Assembly: GCA_964247055.1 (NCBI GenBank) | Contig: OZ176052.1 | Span: 558,001 to 622,000 of the forward strand | Reading direction: 5' to 3' | DNA: 64,000 nt | Source: Paragordius varius | Lineage: Eukaryota; Animalia; Nematomorpha | Shown: positions 1 through 13,500 of the stretch, piece after piece | How positions within the stretch are numbered: the stretch's first letter is position 1 | Layout: every line of letters starts with the position of its first letter | Notes under the pieces: model-generated | What the model saw: the letters and a program-made list of their open reading frames with translations, nothing else | Databases searched by the model: none | Told to the model about the DNA's origin: nothing | Made by a program: the position numbers and the translations under genes

Positions 1-2
1 AT

Positions 3-382
3 GAACGTCTAATAAATTCTTTCGAATTATGGGTTTGGAGGAAACTTCTTCAAACAAAATGGACAGACAAAGTTTCAAACACCACCCTTCTAAATAAAAT
101 TAACCCAGAAATGTCACTTCTTGGCAGCTTAACACGGCAAAAACTCTCCTTCTTCGGGCACATCATGAGATCCAGCTCACTTGAAAAATCACTGATGCTG
201 GAGAAAGTGAGTGGTGCCCGAAAAGAGGGAGAAGACGAACTCGTTGGATGGATAACATCCTTAAAGAAACCAAACAATCATTATACGACCTAAACACCAA
301 AACCTGAAATCGCAGTGAATGGAGAAACTTTATTTTCAATGTTCAGTTAGTCGGAATCGACTTTAGCAAACAACAACAACAA
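3..382 (+). mobile_element. 3' end of a decayed RTE-clade non-LTR retrotransposon (LINE), truncated by the window start
   Basis: Frame +3 from base 3 reads ERLINSFELWVWRKLLQTKWTDKVSNTTLLNKINPEMSLLGSLTRQKLSFFGHIMR..LEKSLMLEKVSGAR. After a 1-nt frameshift it continues RGRRRTRWMDNILK, matching the RTE post-RT C-terminus (FELW.WR..L.I.W, KL.YFGHIMR, G.R.RGR..RW.D). There is an in-frame TGA and a (CAA)n tail at about 369-382. Confidence 0.85.
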
Positions 383-399
383 TAGAGCTTTTTTCCAAA

Positions 400-1075
400 T
401 ATTTTATGCACCACTTCTATCAAAATGATGCTGAAAAATTGGAATTCCAATATTTATGATTACAAAATGGAACATTTTGAAAAAATAAATAGCTAAATCC
501 AATTTTCGACAAAATTATGATGGGCAATGGTATTTTGTCAAAATAATAAACACCCCCTTTTTATTTTTTTAATAGCGCTGAACTTTCCTATACCATTCTC
601 CAAATTTCAAACGTAAATCGAAATATCCTCATCAAATTATGGAGAAAAAGTGTTTTTTAACATAAGCATTTTTATACATTTCCCATCATGTCTTAAAACA
701 ATATGAAGTACGCATCAACAAAACTTAATATTTAAACAAACTACCTATTTTTAGAAAAATATTTAAAAATTTATTGAACAACATCAGCTTATTTGCATTT
801 ATTTTATGAGAAATAGTCCTCCTTAGAAGGGACAAAAAATTAGGGACTTTTCGAGACCACATCAAATTATTAAAATATTTTTTTTCTTCTTTATATAGTT
901 TTTGGTATATTTTAGTTATATTTTTTGGTTAAAGCATTTATCTTTCACCAAAAAAATTTTAACAAAACTGTGCAAATTTGCCATATTCTGATTTGAAGCA
1001 GTTAAAACAAAAGCGTTATAACTCGTAAGCCCTAAAACAAAAGGGTCATGAGAATCTTGATATTTTATCCTTTTC
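400..1075. mobile_element. Fragment of the large non-coding TIR family G (homologous to about 56250-56945)
   Basis: Shares gcatttattttatgagaaatagtcc with 56650-56680 and ccatattctgatttgaagcagtt..aaaagcg..actcgtaagccctaaaacaaaag with 56825-56905 and 60045-60125. Confidence 0.6.
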
Positions 1076-1669
1076 ATCAGGATATTAAAGCCGGCGATTT
1101 TGTGCGCAGTGTAAAATACGTATAATAAAATTTAAATCGCGCTATTTTTGACATTTACCTCCATAAATTTTTTGTTCTCTTTATATACCACAATTTTTAT
1201 AAAAAACTTGAATACAAAATGGCAGGCACTCGAAAAAATACCATAATCGGCGTGAAAATAAATGATGCGTATGACTTTATGTTTTTAAACCCCGAGTTTA
1301 TTTATTGTAAAAAACTTATAAGAATACAAAAGGTGTAAAAACTTTTGATGATTTATCCGCAACGACTCCTAATTTTGTCATTCCGTAGGGCAAATTTTGT
1401 GCATTTATCGACATAGTTTCGGATATATTCTTTAAACATTACAGATACACCCCAAAAACAGGAAAAATACAAAATAATAAATATACGTAATTTATTGAAA
1501 ATGCTAAAAATTGGTAATGTGCTGACAAATAAATAAATAAAAAATGTATCAAATCAATAACATAATCACATATCACATTCGTATTAATAAATATCGTGTC
1601 ATCCATTCGTGATCTAATTAAAAAATCTTTTTATATCGAATGATTTAACAGATTTAAACCTAGACTCTT

Positions 1670-4600
1670 TCATAGGGCATTTATGGAATTTAGATCGAGT
1701 CTATTCATATGTTGGCTATTTAAATTATTTACAGAAAAAGGTCCATTTTTTCCAACTAAAAGGGCATTAGGCCCAAAACTATTGTTGAAAGGGTCAACAA
1801 CAGACTGTTGTTTTGAGTTAGCAGAAAACGAAAAATCTGTACGGACTGAACACTTCTTAGCAGTCGACATGGCAGATTTTGTGGTTGGGTTTAATGGTAA
1901 TAAACTTATATTGCTGTTACCATCCTTTGTTTTTATCATGGATGAGTAGTAAATACTACTTTTGTATTCTTGAGGATTCAATACATATTTCCATATTATA
2001 ACGGTTTCATCAGCTCCTACACTGGCGAGCAAATCGCCCTTGGCTGAAAAAGCTGTAAAAAGGACACGATCTTTGTGACCACGTAATCGACAAATCTAAA
2101 ACAAAAAATTCAAAATATTATAAGGAAAAATGAGGGCAAAAAATAAAATTTGACCACAAATATTTTTTCTCATTTACATTAGTTACAAGTTTTATCGATT
2201 TAAAAAATGGTATCCTTGCTTGAAGTATCCTAGGAGAGCATACTTATGATGAATGTATGATATTTATCAAAAAAGTAAGCATGTGTAAAAAAACATAAGG
2301 ACGTAAGTATTACTTACTTTAGCATGGGTCATTATGCTACTTTGGATAGGTTACTTACATAGATATTTAAACTAATAAATTTTACGAGAATTCAAATTAT
2401 TATTTTAACATAAAATATTTGTTCTCGTTGACAATATTAAAAATATATGATTTTTGTATAAAACATTAGTTTTTAACTCGCCCCCTTTAACTTACGAATC
2501 TGAAAAAAAAAACCTCGTCGTACGTTATAAACTAAATAGTTAGGAGACAAATTTATCCATAACCTTTTATAACTAATATTTCCCACAATCAACACATTTT
2601 TCCAAAGTGCATCTTTATAATAAAACTTAAATTTTTACTCAACATTATTTTCACCAATTTTAGCTATCAAAAGCATCCTTTTCGAACTTATACCATTTCT
2701 AGATATTTATACCCAATCAACCGACAAAGCTTAATTGTCATTTATATTTCCCTTTTTTATAATTTTAATTTTTTTTCCTGTATAATAGTATAGTATAAAA
2801 CCTTTTCCATTTCTAGATATTTTATTCTAAACTATCAACCCACAAAGCGTATTTTTTACAAAATAAAATATTTGTCTTTTATAATTTCATTTTTTAATCA
2901 TCAAAACTATTAAAAACTCTAATTTTTTTTAGATATTGAATTCAAGACTATCAACGCACAAAGCTTAATTGTCATTTATGTTCCCTTTTTTATAATTTTA
3001 TTTTTTTCCTGCATAATATAATGGTATAAAACCTTTTCCATTTCAGGATATTGAATTAGACTATCAACCCACAAAGCGTATTTTTTTTTCTTAAAAAATA
3101 AAATATTTGTCTTTTATAATTTCATTTTTTAATCATCAAAACTATTAAAAACTCTAATTTTTTTTAGATATTAAATTCTAGACTATCAACCCACAAAGCA
3201 AATTTTTTTAAAAAATAAAATATCAGCCTTTTATAATTCCCTGTATAATAGTTTAAAACCTTTTCCATTTCAGGATATTTCCATACAACCAGGGCATATT
3301 TATCCAATTTTTCTTCAAGAATCGTGGTGTCCAAAGATTGTTTTCTATTCCGTTTTTCAATGCGTGCTAATTCTTGGCTGGTATCAACATAATATCCATG
3401 TCCAGTTATTATTTCACGTAATCCACCTGTTGAACACCAATCAAGGGTAGTTATTGGCCCGTTTCCAATTCTGTGTTAAGTTAAATATATTTAAAGGTAA
3501 AATTTTTATAGATATAAATTAATAATCTAATAAGTACAGGAAAAAATTGAAATTAAAACAGAAAATAGAGTAAAAATTACAATTATTCGTTTTATCAAAC
3601 TGTGTTATTTTTGTTGTTTAAAACAATAGATCGTTTTCCAATCCTGTTTGATATGATAAAAATATTAAAGGGTGAAATTTTTATAGATTTAAATTAATAA
3701 TCTAATAAGTACAGGAAAAATTGAAATCAAAATTGAAGTTTGAGTAAAAATTACAATTATTCGTTTTATCAAACTGTGTATTTTTTTGTTCTTCTTAAAA
3801 ACACCACTGTATTTTTTATTTTAATATAAAGCAAAATATTTAAAAGCACATTCAATTACGTATTTTACAATTGCAATTTCAAATAATATAGATGGTTAAA
3901 ATTAAAATTTTAAAAACTGCAATGATTCTTTTTTCTTTAAAAGGCCATTGTACTTTTTTATTTTATTTTTGTTTAAACAATGGATCATTGTTTTAATCTG
4001 CAAAGTATGAAGAGTAGAAATTTTTATAAATGGTAATTAAACTAAGTACAGGAAAAATTCAAATTAAAATTGAATTTGAAATTAGAGTAAAAACTAAAAT
4101 AATTTTTTGTCAAAAGACCACTGTTCTTTTTAAATATATACCATTTACAGTTCAAATTCACTCTTGAACAATTCAAATTCACCCACGAACATTTTAAATT
4201 AACGCTAAAAATAAATTATATGTTTGTTAAAATTAAACTATTCCTTACATTTTTTTATATATCTTAAAAAATAAAAATATTGTTCTAAATTAAAATAATA
4301 CTGAAAAAATAATAAACTATAGCATAATCATATTTTTTCATTTTAATAATGAGTTATATTAGTTCGAATTTACATAATTTATTTTTAGGGTGAATTTGAA
4401 TTGTTCGAGGGTGAATTTGAACTGTAAATGGTATACTATAGACTTTTCTGAAATTGCAAATTAAATCAGTATATTTGTTGCGAAAAAAAAAACAATTCGC
4501 ATTAATTGGTTTTATTACATTTATATTTGTTAGCAATAATTATAATAATATTACAAAAAAATTAGCTATAATCTTTAGGTAATACCCAATCCCCCTCTTT

Positions 4601-7539
4601 ACTGTAAAAAACTGCAATTTCAGGCGAATTAATTACTGTAAAAATTAAGCAACAAGACGAATCATAAAAATTAAAAGATTGCTATCAATATAAAAATTAT
4701 ATGTATGAGTTAATCATCAATTTAACTTTTGATAAAGTTTTGTCTTTACAAGAATTTCGAGTTTTTTAGCTAATTACTTAATTTCTTTTTGAAGTTGGCC
4801 ATTTCTTGTATTCCAAAGATGAATCATGCCATGAGATCCGCTTGTGGCTAGCAAAGCCGTTAACCAAGGACACCAGCTCAAACAGCTGATGGAATGCGTT
4901 GAAAAGGCGGTGGAGATGGCGCCTTTTTCCGTCTTCTTCTCTGAAAAAAGTGTTGTTGTTGATTTTGATTCTATGAGACTTAGATTTCCAAGTGATTTAT
5001 GGAGGGGAGGAACAGCTGATTTTTCATCAAACAACAATCTATTGGGGGTTTTATTTGACATTTGATAAAAGTTTTTTAGGGCGGAGTTTGCCTGCTTTTT
5101 TTGCGTTGAGAATGCACCTAAGACAAAAAAAACAGTAAAACATACTAAAAAATTCAAAAAATCATGAGTAGAATAAATATTATAAAAGGTATAAAAAATC
5201 TTTTCAAAAGTAAGTTTTACTGTTTAATATTTACCGTGGACACCCCTTTTATAATGGTTTTTTTGAAATAAGGATAGCGCCTAAAAACTAATAGACTTAT
5301 GCCGATTATTGGTCACCCTTTCTGCTTTTGAAATAAGGTCCGTCCTACTTTTAGAGTTATAATCGCTTAGAGTTAGGTAATAATTTCACATAACTTATCA
5401 CAGTGAGAATCATCTACATAAATAATTCTAATTTGATAAAACCATTTCAAAAAATGAAATTACATCTGAATAATAAGTTTTTCTTAGAACAATAATATTA
5501 TTCAAATATATACAGTGAAAACTGAAAGACAAAACGTAAAAATATAAAGACAACCATACTTTATTAAACCTTAATTTATTCTATAAAAAAATAATTAATT
5601 ACAATCGTAAACTACATAATTGATTGTGGTACCTACCAATTTACATTTTTATATTACACTTTGTAGTTTAAAACAATGAGTTAGTTATATTAAAAAAATC
5701 AAGATTGAAAAAAAGATGGTTGTGTCGTTTATAAAAAAATATTTGTCTATATATTTTTACATTTTGTCCTTTCGTATAATTTCAATTTTTATATTGTTTT
5801 TAGCTCATTACCCCAAAATATCCACAAATTAAAGGGTGTAAGGATAAGTACATCAACTTAAACGATTTTAACTTAAAAACCTAGGTTTGAAAGTTAGGCA
5901 ATTAATATATTGGCGCTGATTTCAAAAAACCTATTTTATGGATAAATCCATATTTATGCTATATTTCTCGATAAAATCTGAGAAAATTTAAAATTTTGAC
6001 TCATAGATAGTAAAATAAATATCTCATAAAACAAACCATTATTTTTGGCAAAAAATAAATGATACTTGTATTTTTTTCCAGAGTAAATAATCTAAAAAAG
6101 TTAAATATACAATTTACAGTTAAATGTCATCCTTAAACAATTCAATTTTATCCTCGAACAATTCGAATTCAAATATAAATTATGTGTTTTTAAAGATTAA
6201 CAACTGCCTATATTTTTACCTATATTCTAAAAAATAAAATTATGTTTTAAATCAAAATAATACTGAAAAAATAATAAACTATGATGCCATAAAGATATAT
6301 ATTATATATTATAAGTTTACATTAGTTCGAAAACACCTAATTTATTTCATTTTTAGAATGAATTTTAACTGTTCAAGGGTGAATTTGAATTGTTCAATGG
6401 TAAATTTAAATTCAAGGGTGAATTTGAATTTTTCAAGGGTGATTTTAAATTGTTCAAGGGTGAATATAAATTGTTCAAGGGTAAATTAGAATTGTTCAAG
6501 GGTAAATTTGAATTTTTGAGGGTATTTTTAATTTTTTTGAGGGTAAATTAGAATTGTTCAAGGGAGAATTAAAATTGCTCAAGGGTGAATTTAAATTGTT
6601 CAAGGGTGAATTTGAACTGTAAATAGTATATCTTATTAAAACCCACGCAAATTTTACATAAAACTATATAAAATATTACCTAAAGAACAGGATGGTTGTT
6701 TTCTAAGCTCCTTATTATTAAGATCAAGGACAAATAATGGTTTTATTACGTTAGTTTTTAAAGTAGTTTTTTCTGAGTTTTCAGATTTTGTAGAAAGAAT
6801 AAATTCTTGTGAATTCCAAACGCATAATTTTCCACTCACGTCACAACTTGCCAGTTGGTTTCCAAAGCTATCCCATTTAAGGGCACAAATCTACCGTGAT
6901 ATATAACATAAAAATTTTAAGATATTTAAAAAGTGAATGTTTAATAGCATTATTTAGTAATTAGGATTAGGTTTAATTATAACTGTGAAAATTTGATAAA
7001 AAATGATAAATTTTAAAAAGTTTAAAAACTTTTTTAATTTGACACCTGGGGTATTTAAGGGCACAAATCTGTGTGATATAACACATAAAAAGTTTAAGAA
7101 ATAACATAAAAAATACCTAAAAGTATTAAATAAATGTTTAATAGCATTATTTCGATGGTTTATTATATATGTTTTATGATTTGCTCCTTTTGTTATATAA
7201 AATATATAAAATTATTAATTTTATGATTAAAGTATATCTAATATATTAATTTCCTTACCAAATAATATTAGTATATTACAATTCGAATTCACCCTTGAAC
7301 AAATCAATTCAAATTCACCATTAAAAGAAATTATATGTTTTTTAAGATTATAATTTTTTTTATTTAAAAAAAATGAAATTACGTTGAAAATTAATATAAT
7401 ATAATACTGAAAAAATAATAAACTATGCCATAAGAATATGTTTCTTATTAATGATGAGTTATATTAGCTGCCCGAATAACACATAATTAATTTTTAGGGT
7501 GAATTCAAGAATGAATTTGAATTCGAACTGTAAATGGTA

Positions 7540-7570
<31 letters not shown>

Positions 7571-10500
7571 TTAGCATAAATCAAGGTTAAATAATGATTG
7601 TTTCATTTTTAAGAAAAAAAATATTTGCCATTATATATATATATATATATTGTATTATACAAAAAACCTAGATTAGACTAATTTTACTATACATATTTTA
7701 AACCACAAAAGTTACGTTTAATAATCATAAATAAATGTAAATTTTTAAAAATTTTTAACATTTTTGCATTAAGATTTTTAGATTTTAATTTCAATTTTTT
7801 TAGATTTTTGAAATTTCTTAACATTTTTGCATTAAGATTTTGAAATTTTTGAAAATTTTAATTTTTTTAGTTGAAAATTTTAATATTTTGATATTACCTC
7901 ATACTTATGTTCATTGCATTGAGCTATGATATGTCTTTTACTCAACATATCATGATAAAGGATTTGACCAGATTCAGACCCACTAACAATCCAAAAATTC
8001 TTAGAATTCGATTTTTTAGCTAAGGGAAACCAACACAGTGAAGATATACGATGATAAGGTTTTTCCTAATATCAAATAAAATTTTTTAGAAAAATTTATT
8101 TGTAAAAAAAAGGTTTAAAATTAAAATATGATATATAACTTATTATGTGAAGTCTGAATTCTAAAAATGATTCATTTTTAAAATGTTATTTATTAAATAA
8201 ATCATATTTTTGATTTCTTATTTAAACTTTAAAATATTTAGAAATATTTTTTTTAATAAAAAAAACCGGTAAAATTATGTGAAAAAGTATAAATTCTGTG
8301 AATTATTCGTCAAATTTTTATAAAAAATGTAAGTTATTAAATCATTCATATTTTTGAATTTTTATTTTTTAAAAAAACATCTTATATTTTCCTAAAAAAA
8401 TAAAATTTTGAAAATTTTATTTGTAAAAAAAGTAAATTAAAATTTGATAAATATAGTATAAATTATGTAAATTATTCGCCAAATTTTTATGGAAAAAATA
8501 ATTTATTTTTAAAAAACAATATTATGTGAAAAATATACGATAAAGTTTTTCCTAAAAAAATAAAATTTAGAATATTTTTTTTAATAAAAAAACCAGTAAT
8601 ATTATGTGAAAAAGTATATATTCTGTGAATTATTCGTCAAATTTTTATGAAATAATTTATTTTTAAAAAACAAAGTGAAAGATATACGATAAAGTTTTTC
8701 CTAAGTTAAAAATAAAAAGTATAAATTAGTGAATTATTAATCCAGTTTTAATAAAAAAAATAATTCATTTTTATAATGCAAGTTATTAAATTAATTCATA
8801 TTTTTGGATTCTTATTTTTATAAAAAAACATCTTATATTTTCCCCAAAAAGCATATCATATTTAATAAATAAAATTTAAAATATTTTTTTTATAAAAAAA
8901 AAGTGTAAAATTAAAATATGATAAATAGTATATATAAATCATGTGAATTATAAGTCAAATTTTTATAAAAAAATAATCATTTTTGAATGTTAGTTATTAA
9001 AGCATTGATATTTTTAGATTCTTACTATAAAAAATAATTAATTTTAAAATGTATAATTAAATTAATTCATTGATATTTTTGAATTCTTATTTTTATAAAA
9101 AAACATCTTATATATATCATTAAATAGTTAATACGTTCAAATTATAAGGAGGGTCTATTAAAAATATATAACACTAAAAAGAAAAATTAAGTTTAAAAAA
9201 TACTCTTTAAATAAAAAACCTGCTCTCTATTCACTAATTGTGGGTACCCCTTAATACTTTATATGGACAAAACGTAAAAATATAAAGACACAGATATTTT
9301 TTTTTCAAAAGGTAACCCCATACTTTTTATAAACTAAATTTTTCCCTATAACAAACTATTTAATTAAAAAGAGTGAAATATATATTGATTGTGTTACCAA
9401 TTAACATTTCTATATTATATACTTTGTTGTTTAAAACAATCAGTTTTATTAAAAAAAGCAAATTTAAAAAAAGTATGGGGTTATCTTTTAGTAAAAAAAA
9501 TATTTGTCTTTATATTTTTACACGTTTTGTCTGTATGTTCTGTAATAGGAATGATTACTGTAAAAATTGGAATTATACGGATGGACAAAATGGAAAAAAA
9601 TATAAAGACAAATATTTTTTTCTAAAAGAAAACCATACTTTTTTAGAATATAACTAATACTCATTGTTTAAAATGGTAAAAAATTAAATAGAAATTTATA
9701 TTACTAAAACAATCAATTCTATATATATATATAACAATAGTAATTAAATAGCTTATATGGGAAAAATAAAGGTTTGAAAAAATTATATGATTATCTTTTA
9801 AAAAAAATATTTGTCTTTAAATTTTTAGGTTAATATAAAATTTTTACTGTAATTTCTATATATTTATTTGATATATTTAAGAATTTTTTTAAAAAAATAC
9901 TTGAGCATTTATATCTCCAGACATCCAACGTAACATTTTTGATTTTTTCACGTCCCAAATCTATAATTGTTGTTAATATTGGTTAAACAGAAAAAAAGTA
10001 AAAAAAAGTAATTTTTACAAAAAAAATTAATTTTTTTAAAATAAAATTATTTTTAAAAGTTAAAAGCATTAGAAAAAAAATCTTTCTATTTTAAGTTATA
10101 AAATATAGTTTAAGGGTTTGTTTTAACCCTACATTGGACAATTAAATCCCCTAAGATTTATATATTAAAAGAAGCTAATAACATAAAGTGTTAATTTCAC
10201 TAAAAATGACATTGTATTACTAACTCTTTAGGTATATATATACCATTAATTCAAACTCTTTAATTTACAATTCAAATTCACCCTTGAACAATTCAAATTC
10301 ACCCTTGAACAATTCAAATTCACCCTAAAAATAAATTATGTTTTTAGGGCTAATATAATTCGAAATATATTTTTATGGCACATAGTTTATTATTTTTTCA
10401 GTATTATACTAATATTTTTTTATGAAAACATATAGGTAATTTTAAACTTTTAAAAACACATAATTCATTTTAGAGTGGGTGAATTTGAATTGTTCAAGGG

Positions 10501-13500
10501 TGAATTTGAACTGTAAATGGTATATAATATAAACTATTTTCAATTTTTTTGTAAATTTAAACAAAAAATTTTTTTTTGGAAAAAAATAAAATAAAAAAAA
10601 CTTGAATCTTTGAAACATTAGTCCCGATTGCCAGTAAACGACCATCAGCTCTCCAGTTTAGTGACGTTACATATAAAGTAGGTTCACTATTGTTTAATTC
10701 TTGAGTGTCTATATTATAGAATTTTAAAATTTAAAGCTTTTTTTGATATAAAATATAAATTTAAATTATTTATGGATATAAAATGTAAAAAAAACATAAA
10801 GACAAATATTTTTTTTTAAACGACCATAATTCTTTAATCTTTGATATTTTATATTTGAGCTTATATTACAATTGTGAAATTTTGGGTTAATAATATTCAT
10901 TTTTATTTCATATTTTGCAGTTTAAAACAATTAGTTATATATGCAAAATTCAATTAAAAAGTATGGGGTTGTCTATTTTAAAAGAAAATAAAATTTTAAA
11001 TTTAAACTTTTTTTTCGATATAAATAAATATAAATTTAAATTATTTATGGATATAAAATGTAAAAAACATAAAGAAAAATATTTTTTTTTATTAAAAGAA
11101 GAGCTATATTTTTTAATCCTTTATACTTCACACTTTGCCATTTTAAACAATATTATATATAAAAAAATATAGATATAGAAAGTATGGGGTTCACTTTATT
11201 ATAAAAAAATTTATATTTAAACTTTTTTTGACATAAAATTAAGTATAAATTAAATTTATACGGACAAAATTTAGCAAAAATATTAAGACAAATATTTTTT
11301 TTCAAAAGACAACCCCATACTTTTTTAAACCTTATTATTTTTTGATATAAAATATAAGGCTACAATTCTAAAATATAAAATTGATTTTGTTACCAATATA
11401 TATACCATTTACAGTTCAAATTCACCCTAAAAATAAATTATGTATTTTCGAACTAATATAACTCACATTATTAATATTAAATATATGTTTATGTTATAGT
11501 TTATTATTTTACAGTATTATTTTAATTTAAAACAAAATTTTTATTTTTTACAAATATATAAAAATATTGGTAATTTTTAATCTTAAAAAACATGTATTTT
11601 ATTTGAGGGTAAATTTGAATTGTTCGAGGGTGAATTTGAATTGTTTAAGGAGGTGAATTTGAATTGTTCAAGGGTGAATTTGAATTGTTCAAGGGTGAAT
11701 TTGAATTGTTTAAGGCTGAAATTGATTTCACTGTAAAATAAAATTAAAAAATTACCATTTTGAGAAAACGTAGGATTTAAACTGGCATCTTCTAAAAGAT
11801 CACATAAATGTGTTGTTTCTTGTGTTTGAGAATCCCACAAATACGTATTAGAACCCAAACCCACTGCCAATTGATTTTCACAACTCCAATCAATTAAATT
11901 CAAATCTTTTTTTTATAAAATATGTAAATTTGTTAAAATTAGGTTTTATTATATATATATATATATATTACAGCATTTTTACAGGTTAAGATTATATTAA
12001 AGGTCAAATCTTTTTTTTTGCATTGAAAATAAAATATATATTTAAAAAATCAGGTTTTATTATATATATATTAAGCATTTTCACAACTCCAATCAATTAA
12101 ATTCAAATCTTTTTTTTTCAAAATATATATATATATTAAAAATTAAGTCTTATTATATATATATATATATATATATATTACAGCATTTTTACAGGTTAAA
12201 ATTATATTAAATTCAAATCTTTTTTTTATAAAATAAAATATGTAAAAATTGAAATTATACCATGGACAAAACGTAGTAAAAATATAAAGACAAATATTTA
12301 TTTTTATAAAAAAAGGCAACCATATCTAATCTTAATTTTTCATCTATAAGCTATTCAATAATGCACACTTTTTTAATTTAGAGTTATATTCGAAAAAAAT
12401 AAAGATTTAAAAAATATGGTTGTCTTTTGAATTTTGTCTTTATATTTTAACGTTTTGTCCGTATTAATTTATTTTTACTGTAAATATGTAAAAAAATTGG
12501 GTTTTATTTTATATATATATTACAGCATTTTTACAGGTTAATATATTAAGGGTCAAATCTTTTTCCATATTTTTAGATGTAAAAATCGATATTAGTTTTA
12601 AAATCGTTAAATTTTTAAGTTTTTTTAGAGTTTAACTTAGGTTAAAATTCATAAAAAAAGATAAAAATGGGCGTATACTGTTTACAATACAAATTACCCC
12701 TTGAGCAATTGCAATTCACACTCATACAATTCAAATTAACCCTGATAATAAAATTTTACCTATATTATATTTATATTTTAAAAATAAAAATTACGTTGAA
12801 AATACTAAATCAATAATAAACTATGCCATAAAGATATATTTCATAGTTACATTAGCTCGAAAACACATAATGGTTTAGGGTAAATTTGGAATGTTCAATG
12901 GTGTGAATTTAAATTGTAGATGGTATATGTAAAACAATAAAGCTAAAAAATTGTGTGAATTTTAAGAAGACAAAACTGTCACTTTTTTTAATAAAATCAA
13001 CCATATTTTCATAAATATTCTATTAAAACTAATTTCTTAGGGGTTGTTGAATATAGATGGTCAAATAAAAACAACCAACATTTAATCATTTAAATCATAT
13101 AAGCTATATAAAAATATGGTTATAAATTAAAGTAAAAATTGAAATTATATATGGACAATACGTAAAAATAAAAAATATTTTTTTCTAAAAGACAACCATT
13201 TTTTTTAAATTTTTACCTATATAGCTCATTGTTTTAAATTCCAAATTATAAAATAGATGAGATGTATATTGGTAACGCAATCAATTATATTATATTGCAA
13301 ATTAATTGATTTTTATAGGATAAATTAAGGTTTAAAAAATCAAGATTTAATTTTTTTAAAAAATATTTGTCTTTATGTTTTTACATTTTTTCCATAGTAT
13401 AATTTCACATTTCAAATTGTAAGCCATATATTACCCCCATCAAATCTTTTTTGGTGGGGATATGAGTTTATAATATATATTTTATTTCAAACTTTTTATT

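Noticed and set aside
9373-9657. Lys/Phe/Ile-rich ORFs (also 9389-9625, 10915-11172, 43647-43860, 62725-62925)
   Set aside because: They are translations of family-B MITE sequence.
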